A DNA stretch of 59,811 bases, the filler included, from Piptocephalis cylindrospora (lineage: Eukaryota), in the NCBI GenBank assembly GCA_003614145.1. It is 10 parts of 10 records of this genome, joined end to end, with 100 filler letters (N's around TTAATTAATTAA, not from the genome) between each part and the next. Parts side by side here need not be neighbours in the genome. Positions count along the whole stretch, not along the records: positions 47,999 to 53,855 come from KZ988351.1; positions 53,956 to 59,811 come from KZ988352.1; 8 more parts are not named here. One strand, 5' to 3'. The stretch's first letter is position 1. Each line of letters starts with the position of its first letter. Both the position numbers and the translations under genes were made by a program. Shown here in pieces: positions 50,062-59,811 of this stretch. The notes below the pieces were generated by a model. It ran no database searches. It had not been told where the DNA came from and saw only the letters and a program-made list of their open reading frames with translations.

Positions 50062-52505
50062 ATGACTATGCATCACGATGGGGATCGCCAGGGGCCTACT
50101 TTATACCGTAAACCCTCGATCGGTCGCATGCCCAACGAGGCCCTCTCTATTGAATATTCCTCCCCTTCCTCCCCTACCGGCTCCCGTCCTGGGACGGCGG
50201 TGAGCACGGGGTCATATGCCAATCCTCCTCGGGCCTCTCGCATCCTCACTACCCCTACCCCGGGGAATTTGCCGATACAACAGGCTAGGCAAGCAAGCAT
50301 CATCCGAGTGGACAGTGGAGGATCCGAGAGTGAATCAACCAGGGGACCCACAGCTGGGGAAAACCGATGGACCATGACCTATCAGCAACCTTCAATCACC
50401 CCGGGGGCCATTCTATCCCCTAGTCTTCAGGATCCACGCTGGTCCATGACCTCCCTCTCCGCCGAGGACTCGGAGGAGATGTCCTCAGTGTCTGGAGCCA
50501 CTGACCCCTCCCCCACCGACGTTGACCTCTTGACCACTCCTGCTTTATCTCACGGATCTCCTAGCTCAGACTTTACCCCTTCCTCCTCCTCTAATTTTCC
50601 AGCCCATCGCTCCTCTCATGACGCTTACTCAGAGCCTCATCAAACCCAAGATCATGAAGAGCAGGAGCATGAATGGATGGCTAGTGAGATTGCGGAAAGT
50701 GATGGTACTCATAGCGTGGTCTATCCTCCCTCCACCAATCCTGTCGTCATGTCATCCCCCTACACCGTCCCCGTTGCCACTGGCCTCCATCCAGGAACAG
50801 ATCTCTCCTCCGAGCGTCTGGATCCTGCGGAGGCGGGAGCAGCTCGACCTGGGACTGGGAGTTCCCTCTCCCCTGGTGATCATCCAGTACCCCGTGATGG
50901 TCCTGGTCAGACAGATCGCGGCGTGGGCAGTTGGTATGCTGAAAGTTACAATGAGTTCCCCCCTCCCGTCACCGCTGCCGATCATGGCGCAGGATCTGAC
51001 GCGGGCGAGGGCAATGAAGTTTCCCTGGCTGGACCGATTTCTCCTATTGCCCCGGTAAGGAAGGCAAGCATCAAACGTTTAGGGTCCCTTCGGGGCCGTT
51101 TTGCCGTCCATCCTCATCCAAATTCTACTGGCGGATCCCCTCCCGGAGATTCCGCGGATCTCTGGGCTCAGGAAAAGAGCGATACTGTGGAAATCCAAAG
51201 GAGTACCGGCCATGCCAATATTCCCACTCATTCAGTTCCACCTCCTATGCCCTCCGGTGCCTCGGCTACCTCTGCTGTTCATCGGTACCCCAGTACCTCC
51301 ATTGCGCCCTCTTCCATCCAGGGAGTTTCCCCTGTGCATCAAGGTCGTTCCCTAGGAGAAAAATCTGGGAGCGCCTTTGGTCCTGGCCAGCAAAATGGGA
51401 GCTATCACATGCTCGAAGGGGCTAGGGATCCCAACATGGAATCTGGGGGTGCAGTCTTTGTTGAGGAAAATGCCTACCGACCCTACTTTATCTGGATCAC
51501 TCTCCTGGCCCAGCTTGCCGTCTTCATCGTCGAACTGGTCCGGGGCCAGCAACTGGAGGGCTCTCCCATCCAGACTTCCCCTTTCAACTATATGATCGGA
51601 CCTGGGAGCTTGGTAAGTGAGGGTGCAGCTGAGATGGAATAAAATATCTATCCATCCATCCATCCTCTCACACCTCCCCCCCCCCTCTATAGACTCTGAT
51701 CCAAACAGGAGCTCGGTTCACTCCGTGTATGCGACCAACGGATGTGGGGAATAGGATGATTGCCCTCACGGGGAATGTCACGGATGCTCGTATGGTTACG
51801 GATCTATGTGGATTTGGCGGGATTGGCCCGGGGGAGGAGCCTAACCAGGGCTACCGTCTCTTCCTTGCCATGTTCCTCCACGGCGGTGTTATCCATATCC
51901 TCTTCAATAGCTTTGCCCAGTGGCGTATTGGCATTCCCTTGGAACGCGTCTATGGCTGGTGGAGGATCCTCATCATCTGCTGGATGGCCGGAGTGGGGGG
52001 CAATGCCTTTGGTGGTCTCCTCTCCCCTCCCATTCTTGTGTCTGTCGGAGCTTCCGGGGCCGTATTTGGTCTGGTGGGTGCCCTTCTTGTTGAGCTCATT
52101 CTCCGATGGAGAGAAATGCATCGACCAGGTCTTCAGCTTTTTTCCCTCCTCGTGACTATTCTTATCAACCTGGCCCTCGGGCTTCTCCCAGGCATCGATA
52201 ACTTTGCTCATATTGGCGGTCTACTCTTTGGTCTCATCACCTCCTTTGCCCTCCTCCCCTCCCGCATCCTTGTCTTTCGAGGAGTCTATGGCAGCGGCAC
52301 CTCTTCACCTCTCGCCTTCTTTCACTCTAAGTACCGGAATTTGACCATTCTCAGTATTGTGTGCGCGCTTGCATCCATTGGCCTCTTTATCGGTATCATA
52401 GCTGCCTTCTTCCAGGTAGCCAGGCCCGGCGAAGAGTGCTCTTGGTGCAAGTACTTATCCTGTCTCCCTATTGCTGGAGGCTGTGATGCTTTGACTCCCA
52501 CTTAA
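50062..52505 (+). CDS. Rhomboid intramembrane serine protease with long disordered N-terminus; intron 51613-51692
   Basis: FNYMIGP, GARFTPCM, MFLHGGVIHILFN, VGASGAVFG (catalytic Ser), DNFAHIGG (catalytic His), CSWCKYLSCLP. Confidence 0.93.
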
Positions 52506-52734
52506 ACACTTTGTGTAGAGCGTCGTAAGGAGGGAAAGGTCAAAGGATGTGTAATGGATTTGGAAAAGAGTTTGGGTGAGTGAGCGAGCGGGATGGGTGG
52601 ATGAACGGATGGGGATGAAATAATAGGATTTCATCATTTCTTTATTCTGTCGTCGTACATCAGCTTGGATGCCAAATTCTCCGCTTCAGCATAGGAACAG
52701 AGGCAGGCGATATAGAAAATCGAGGCCCTAGATT

Positions 52735-53764
52735 CTAGGGCTGCGATTCAGCCGCCTGTTTGTCCTTCTCTTCATCTTCCTCCCGAGAAATGACACTGGC
52801 ATCCTTGGCCGCATACTCCGACCAGGATCCGTCATACACGGCCACCTGACCAGCCCCGGCCCGCAAGAGGCCAAACCAAAGGACGCATGCCGACACCCCG
52901 CTCCCTATCCCCAAGAAGAATGATGAGAGTAAGGGTGAATGCCATGGGTATGGATATCAGAAAGCCATGATCCACTTACCACAGGAGGCCATGATGGGTT
53001 GATCTAGCGGGGCTGCCGGGGAAAAGATCTTACGGAGCTCCTCGGACGACTTGTACCTCCCAGTTCCTGGTTCCAGGACTCGGCCAAAGGGGATGTTGAT
53101 GCTATGAGGGATGTGACCGGAGGATATATTGGGCCTTGGTTCAGGATCACGACCAGTGAATCTGAAGAGCCAAGAGAGGATGAGTCGTGGGTCATACTCT
53201 CTTCGAAATCAACAGTATACCTTCCAGGGGAGCGTGCATCCAGGAGGATAGCCCTCTCAGCAGATGGAAGCTGCGTATTGGCCACCACTTGATCATAGGA
53301 AATAATCAGTCGGGACTGGGGGCAAGCATGGTAGCTTTTCGGGGCAGGTGCAGCGGAAGGGCCTGAGACCAATTGTCCCCCCGATTCCTTCCAGGCCCTC
53401 CAGCCCCCATCCAGAAGGGATACTTTGGCATGGCCAAAAACCTGTGCGTGAGAGACCATACATCGTGGGAATGATTAATGGCAGCAAACCGTGCATGGAT
53501 CAACTTTCCTATTTACCTTGAACATCCAAAAAGCTCGGGCAGCTGATGCCACATCACTCTGATCATACACCACGACATGGTCATCCCTGGAAATGCCCAT
53601 CCGGCCTGGATTGACGTGCAGTGGAATCAGAGTAATTCTAATCATGCATACATAGCTCATACAGCCTTACCAACAGCCACGGAAAAGGACTCGGGAGAGG
53701 GGAGCATATGGGGATAAGGGGAGGATGGGTCGCTTAGGGTATCAATGTCAAAAATTTGGGCTCC
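52735..53764 (-). CDS. TUM1: 3-mercaptopyruvate/thiosulfate sulfurtransferase (tandem rhodanese, Tum1-like), 5'-truncated, multi-exon
   Basis: YPHMLPS, VVVYDQ, SAARAFWMFK, LDGGWRAW, LDARSPGR, C|GSGVSAC, VYDGSWSEY. Confidence 0.9.
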
Positions 53765-54205
53765 CTAATGCCATGTACAGGGGGATGTGCATGGGTGTAA
53801 GGGGGGGGGGGAGGGAGGTGTTGAGTGAGATAGGGGTTTCCTATCTGACTCTCATNNNNNNNNNNNNNNNNNNNNNNNNNNNNNNNNNNNNNNNNNNNNT
53901 TAATTAATTAANNNNNNNNNNNNNNNNNNNNNNNNNNNNNNNNNNNNNNNNNNNNATGCGTGTCGAATCAGGTGCATTGCACCTGCCTAAATTCGAAGAT
54001 TTATTTTTTAGTTTAATATAATACTTATAGATTACTTATTTATAAAAATAAAGATTTTTCTAAGATATATGTTTTCGAGAGACCTTTAGGTCTCTAACAT
54101 CTTTATAGATGTAAGGATTATATTTAAAATGTCGCTATTAACGCCATCATCAGATGGCTAAGACCCTTTTGGGTCTACAGATAGCTGTAACCCTTTCAAG
54201 TTTTA

Positions 54206-54248
54206 CGAGACACGCAAAGCGTGTCGAGTCAGGTGCATTGCACCTGCC
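54206..54248. mobile_element. GC-rich double-hairpin element; related copies at ~53956-53988, 54712-54816, 55127-55167, 55184-55222, 57738-57780, 58787-58832, 58933-59008, 59030-59071, 59575-59616
   Basis: Consensus GAGACACGC-AAT-GCGTGTC-GAGT-CAGGTGC-ATT-GCACCTG-CC, two adjacent perfect stems, present in both orientations. Confidence 0.85.
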
Positions 54249-54590
54249 TTAAAATTTTAAAGCTCCTTTTGAAAATTCATAAATAAATCCTATTGTTAAA
54301 ACAATTAAAAACAATAACATAACTCAAAATCCATAAAATGTACTATGATTAAAAGCTGTTGTAAATGGAAATAAAAATATAACTTCAAGATCAAATATTA
54401 TAAATAATATTGCTATTAAAAAAAATTGAATATAAAATTTTTCTCTTGCAGTTCTTAAAGGATTCATTCCACATTCATAAGGTGAAATTTTATGTAGATT
54501 TGGTTTATTTAAACCTAAAAAATAATTTAAAGATAATAATCCTATAACAAAAATAGGAGTAAATAACATAAATATTAAAAGAGTATTCAT
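54249..54590 (-). CDS. nad3: NADH dehydrogenase subunit 3
   Basis: KISPYECGMNP, FFLIAILFIIFDLEV; continues through TGA(Trp) to GFIYEFSKGALKF*. Confidence 0.97.
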
Positions 54591-55347
54591 TTAGTTAATT
54601 TATTTTAAGGTTACTTAAAGCAACTATTTTTAATTTTAAACTTCTTATATATTGCATAAAAATTTAATAAAGCATTTATTCTATCTTTATGTGATGAATA
54701 ATTATATTTTACGAGACACGCTTTGCGTGTCGAGTCAGGTGCACAGGATCATCTATGATGGGCCCCACATCGAAACACACTTAAAGTGTGTGATGATGTG
54801 GTGCTTTGCACCTGCCTATGAGACATATTATACATGTCAACTTATGTACTTTGCACTTATCTAATAAGTCCTGCATTAGCAGAAATTCGTCACCAAAGGT
54901 GACTCATAAATAAATCTTAAAGAGATTTAATAAATCATTAAAAATGATTAATTAAATTAGTATACTATAAGAATGCTTATAAACTTAAGGAGATATTATT
55001 TTTAATGATCCTGAATAACTATATAGTTGTTACTATGCTTAAATCAAAATTCATTTAAATGAATTTTGTAGAACAGATTTAATACTGAACTAATCCCAAC
55101 AAAAGGGATAAAAATACAAAAGATACGAGACACGCAATGCGTGTCGAGTCAGGTGCATGCACCTGCCTATTTGTAGAATTCAAGACACGCAATGCGTGTC
55201 GAGTCAGGTGCATTGCACCTGTCAATGGATTAAAATTTAATTCATTAGATATTGCTTTATAGGGAATATTTCACTTTTGATGCAATATCTAAATAAAAAC
55301 TAAAGGATTAATAAATATTCATAGAATACTACATCTTTGATGTGAAT

Positions 55348-56028
55348 CTATTTTAAATTATATTTAGGTGTATGACATAAAGCTATAGGTCCAACCATAG
55401 CTAATAATAAAATACAACTTCCTAATATAAACCATAATAATCCAAAAGTATATAATGTATGTCCTAAACTTTCTATATGACTAAAAGAATAATAAATAGA
55501 ATCTCAAAATGAATTACCATATGATGATAAAAAAATTGGGTGATCTAAAGAAAACATAAAGTCTTCAATTTTATAAGAATCAACCATTGATAAATTTTTA
55601 TTATCGATAATATTAAAAGACGTATTAGTTTCTTTTAATGAGTTATTCCATATTTCTACATAAGCAATAAAGTTATTAAAAGGTATTAAAATACTTGAAA
55701 ATGATTCTAATATAAATAAAGAACCTATTATTAAACTTAAAGGTAAATTTTGAGTATATTCTTGAGCAACTTCAGTTAATTCAATATATTTAATATTCAT
55801 CATCATTACTACAAATAAAAATAATATTGAAATAGCTCCTACATAAATAATTAAATAACTTAATCCTATAAAATTTAAACTTAAAATAATAAGATAAGTT
55901 GAACTATGAACAAATACAGAAATTAAACCTATTACTGAATTAACTGGATTTTTAGAAGTAATTGTTAATATAGCTGATATTATAGCTCCTATAGATAATA
56001 AATCTAAAATTATTCTTATAATATTCAT
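55348..56028 (-). CDS. nad6: NADH dehydrogenase subunit 6
   Basis: SKNPVNSV, YLIIYVGAISILFLFVVMM; continues through TGA(Trp) to IESLGHTLYT...LLLAMVGPIAL. Confidence 0.96.
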
Positions 56029-56440
56029 AATTGTTTTATATTTATTTTAACAAATTATATAATTTAATTTTAACATCATATGAAAATTAATTCATTACAT
56101 GTACATATAAATATAATTATCTATAATAATATTATTTAAATATATATACTATTTCTTTTATATAATTCGCGACCATTAGGTCGCTAGCCGTATTTTGACG
56201 GCAAAATAAAAAAAAAATGTTGTTGGTGCACACCCTTAAAAGAAAAATATCTATCTATAATGTGTTTTTATCTTGGTAACTTATCTTTAATCAATTTTTA
56301 TTGATATAATAATTGATTATTTTAAGTAATAAATTGGGGAATTATATAAATTCATATATTTGTAACTATAATTTTATTTATTAAACTTTTAAACAGGTAT
56401 AAAACATTTGACTCAATACACATAGTATATTTTGTAAAAA

Positions 56441-57210
56441 TTATTTTTTAGGTGTAAGTCTATTTAAATTTTCTTTTATAAGTTTCATTAATTGATCTTT
56501 ATCACTAAATAATTCATTTTCATGTTTAGTAAAACCTTCTTTTAAGGTATTAATATCATCACTACTAAATAGTTCACTATTTGAAAAAGAAGATATTAAT
56601 GATTTTTCATCATACCCCATAGGGGTGACCCGTAGGGTAAATCTTTAAATTTTTTATCTATTTGATTAATTTCTCTAAATAATTTGATACGTTCTTTATA
56701 AAATTTTTCTTCTTCAGAATCTGGAAGAAAAGTATCAGCTATAAAAGGTAAAAATATAGGATCTTTTCCTTTATGTTCTAAAATTGTATCAAATCCAGCT
56801 AATAAACCTAATGAAACACCTATAGGAGCTATTGTATCACAAGCACCTTTAGCACAAAATATTAATTTACTTGCAAGTGTAGCAAATTTATCTAAAGGAG
56901 AATTTCTTACTTCTAAATCATTTTTTTTTAATGTAGAATAAATATGTTTTATTCTATTATAAGTTATATAGAATAAAAAAATAGAATAAAATAAACTTAT
57001 TAATATAACTATATATAATATAATTTCATTAAAAGAATAAACTTTTTTAGTTAAAATTAATAATACACAAATACCACCTAAAACTCTAAATATTCTAACT
57101 AAAGGATGTGATTGCAATTCAATCAACTTTACAGGTAAAGTTGATGTATTTCATCCTTTTTTAATTCCAATCTTAAACCTTTCAAATAATGTAAATTTAG
57201 TATTTTTCAT
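56441..57210 (-). CDS. Unassigned mitochondrial membrane-protein ORF (~248 aa if restored), frameshifted by a 23-nt insert
   Basis: MKNTKF...IKKGWNTSTLP..HPLVRIFRVLGG, VRNSP, CAKGAC, PIFLP. Deleting 56615-56637 restores one frame ending in TAA at 56441-56443. Confidence 0.75.
56615..56637. mobile_element. Miniature GC-rich double hairpin inserted in the ORF
   Basis: On the minus strand ACCC-TAC-GGGT C ACCCC-TAT-GGGGT, in an otherwise very AT-rich frame. Confidence 0.8.
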
Positions 57211-57212
57211 AC

Positions 57213-57430
57213 TTATTTTTGTATTTATTTTGAGCCTTTAGCTATTATATGTCATATATATATAGAATTACAACCTCCATTATTTATATGTAATGGAGCC
57301 TACATTATTAATGTAGGCGGGTGCAATACACCCAACTTAGCACACGATGCACATCCCACCTTTTGAGAAGTATAAGATTAACATTATTCGTATAATTGGT
57401 TGAATTTTTTTAACTATATATTTACCTAAT
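57213..57430. repeat. Diverged direct duplicate of the cox3 upstream region (58665-58880)
   Basis: Near-identical ends (TATTTTTGTATTTATTTTGAGCCTTTAGC... and ...TAACTATATATTTACCTAAT) with a GC-eroded middle. Confidence 0.92.
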
Positions 57431-57579
57431 TTTTATTTATCTCATCTTTTTCAGATAATCTCACATTAAAGATGTAGTATTTAATTAATATTTTTCCCCC
57501 TTTAAAAAGGGAATAACTCTATTAATTTATAATTAACACTAAATAAAACGGTAATAATCCGCATCTTTGATGCGGTATA

Positions 57580-57630
57580 AGTCTTAGTCATGAATCGAAC
57601 ATGAGTCAAATAATAATTTGATTTACCTTT
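57580..57630 (-). pseudogene. Degenerate copy of trnN
   Basis: AGTCATGAATCGAACATGA (T-arm) and the flanking CCGCATCTTTGATGCGG hairpin match 59134-59180; the anticodon loop is deleted. Confidence 0.8.
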
Positions 57631-57869
57631 TACTAATCTTTAAAAAATTATTATAATATATTTATATAATATATTTATTTTATCTATAAATATATTTTAA
57701 TATAAATTTTTATATACATAATATTAATCAATAAATAGGCAGGTGTATGCACCTGACTCAATATGTAAAACATACTTCGTATTTTTTATTTCTTAATATT
57801 CTTTTTAAGTGATACATAGGATCATTTATAATCTTATGTATCCATTTATTAAAATAAATGGGAAATTAA

Positions 57870-58664
57870 TTAATAACCCCAACAATAAATTGAAATAAAT
57901 AAAAATAATCATACTACATCAACAAAATGCCAATAAAATATTGCAAATTCAAAACCAGCATGATGAGAATTTGTAAATTGATAATTTTTTACTCTAATTA
58001 AACAAACAAATAAAAATATTGTACCTATAATTACATGAAGACCATGGAATCCTGTACCAAAATAAAAACATGATCCATATATTCCATCAGCAATAGTAAA
58101 AGAAGCATTATAATATTCAAAAGCTTGTAACATTGTAAATAATACAGCTAAAATTAAAGTTAAAACTAATGCTTTAATACAAGATTTTATATCTCCTCCT
58201 ATTATTGCATGATGAGCCCAAGTTACTGAAGCTCCTGAAGATAATAATAATATTGTATTTAATAATGGTATTTCTCAAGGATTTAAAGCTTCAATACCTT
58301 TAGGTGGTCACATAGAACCTAAATCTACTGTAGGTACTAGACTAGAATGAAAATAAGCCCAAAATATAGATATAAAAAAAAATACTTCTGAGATTATAAA
58401 TAAAATAAAACCTATAGTAATACCTTTTTTTACTAAATTAGTGTGATATCCTTGATATGAACTTTCTCTAATACAATCTCTTCATCAAAAAGCCATTGTA
58501 GTTATTACTGATAAAAATCCTATTGTTAATGCTATTGAAGAATCCCAACCGTGGAAATTTAAAACTGAAGCAGTAGTTAATATTAATAAAGCAAATGAAG
58601 CAGTTAATGGCCAAGGTGAAGGTTCTACTAAGTGAAAAGGATGTGCTTGATATTTATAATTCAT
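57870..58664 (-). CDS. cox3: Cytochrome c oxidase subunit 3, intronless
   Basis: [19 protein letters not shown]...[12 protein letters not shown]...TGFHGLHV...[13 protein letters not shown]; 265 codons with TGA=Trp. Confidence 0.98.
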
Positions 58665-59154
58665 TATTTTTGTATTTATTTTGAGCCTTTAGCTATTATA
58701 TGTCATATATATATAGAATTACAACCTCCACCACTTTTATGTGGTGGAGCCTACATTATTAACGTAGGCAGGTGCAATACACCCGACTCGGCACGCGGTA
58801 CACACCCCCCAAAAGGGGGGTGTGGGATTAGCGTTTTTCGTATAATTGGTTGAATTTTTTTAACTATATATTTACCTAATCTCTATTAGTTTTATCAATA
58901 TCATTAAATCTATAATACACATTTTAAATGTGCACCGAGTCAGGTGCAATGCACCTGACTCGACACGCGGTACACACCCCCCAAAGGGGGGTGTGGGATG
59001 CGTGTCTCATAAAATTTAAAAAATTGAGGTACACACTTTTAGTGTGTACCGAGTCAGGTGCTTTGCACCTGTTTTTTAAAATTGAATCGAATGCTTGCAT
59101 TCGCCTTAATACTAAATATAGAGTGGTAGTAATCCGCATCTTTGATGCGGTATT

Positions 59155-59225
59155 AGCCTCAGTCATGAATCGAACATGAATCAAATCATTAACAGTGATT
59201 TGCTTTACCATTAAGCTACAAAGGC
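59155..59225 (-). tRNA. trnN: Mitochondrial tRNA-Asn(GTT)
   Basis: GCCTTTG acceptor, AATCA-CTGTTAA-TGATT anticodon arm, TTCGATT T-loop. Confidence 0.92.
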
Positions 59226-59700
59226 TATTTTTAGACAGGTATATGTACCTAACTCGGTGACCATTTAAAATTTTGTCATAAGTTTAATACATTTCACCTC
59301 GTCATCATTGCATGATGGATATTAACTCATTATTTAATAATGGATTTTACACTTCTTTAAACCCAAAAGGGTTCCAGTCATTTGATAATGGTGAAGGAGT
59401 TACATATAAATTTTAATTCGTTTAAAAATCACATTAGTGGGATTTTCCACCTTTGGTGAGAAATTATGTCGATATAAGATATATTTATATATATCTATAA
59501 ATATCTTATAAAATATATAAATATATTCTTATAAATGTATAAATTATAAATATATGAATAATAAATATATATTAGGCAGGTGTAAAGCACCTGACTCGAC
59601 ACGCAATGCGTGTTTCGTTACTTATTAATGTATAAGTACATAAACACCTTTAAGTGTATATAAGTCCATAGGACTGGGTACCATGACTACCAAAATTAAT

Positions 59701-59771
59701 GCCTCGGTAGCTCAATGGTAGAGTGTAAGACTGAAAATCTTGATGCAATGGTTCGATTCCATTCCAAGGCA
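59701..59771 (+). tRNA. trnF: Mitochondrial tRNA-Phe(GAA)
   Basis: GCCTCGG acceptor, TAAGA-CTGAAAA-TCTTG anticodon arm, GTTCGATTC. Confidence 0.93.
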
Positions 59772-59811
59772 TATGAAAATTTCTTAAGGATTTAAAATAC
59801 CACTCCACAAA

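Larger units (their letters stand above)
53956..59811. other. Mitochondrial genome contig (TGA = Trp)
   Basis: Abrupt high AT content; nad3, nad6 and cox3 are full length only if TGA is read as Trp. Confidence 0.96.

Noticed and set aside
54840..55000. Possible mitochondrial rnpB between nad3 and nad6
   Set aside because: Only a weak CR-V-like GAATGCTTA; no convincing GGAAAGTC partner found.
58924..59211. Short ORFs in mitochondrial spacers (also 54652-54864, 58632-58853)
   Set aside because: They run through hairpin elements and trnN and have no coding signature.
59155..59771. Acceptor-stem mismatches in trnN (T6-T) and trnF (C5-A) as signs of tRNA 5' editing
   Set aside because: Known fungal 5' editing repairs positions 1-3, which pair correctly here.

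Overview
This window is not one locus. It is ten unrelated ~5.9-kb contigs joined by nine artificial 100-nt linkers (44 N + TTAATTAATTAA + 44 N), so adjacency across linkers means nothing. Contigs 1-9 are gene-dense, short-intron fungal nuclear DNA; an early-diverging fungus from an amplified or single-cell assembly is my inference. They carry tRNA-Asp, ORC3, an LYR protein, a DUF2415-type WD40 protein preceded by an orphan transportin-SR/MTR10-like exon, an ELMO-domain protein, ATP23, several secreted or GPI proteins, an IMG2 3' exon, CBP4, a kinase-5xSH3 gene facing a second multi-SH3 gene, MED17, GCP4, nuclear RNase P RNA, a fungal transcription factor, NDUFAF6, a RING protein, UBI-L40, a zf-HIT start, a rhomboid and a sulfurtransferase. 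Contig 10 (53956-59811) is AT-rich mitochondrial DNA using TGA=Trp, with nad3, nad6, cox3, trnN, trnF, many GC-rich double-hairpin elements, and an unassigned ORF split by a 23-nt hairpin insert that sits behind a duplicate of the cox3 leader. Best leads: the importin-exon/WD40 in-frame splice fusion, a dispersed non-coding element with core ATCCGAACACA, the tandem Sho1-like SH3 arrays, the enlarged RNase P RNA, and the interrupted mitochondrial ORF. Exon boundaries were read by eye and family assignments come from recalled motifs; no database searches were run.
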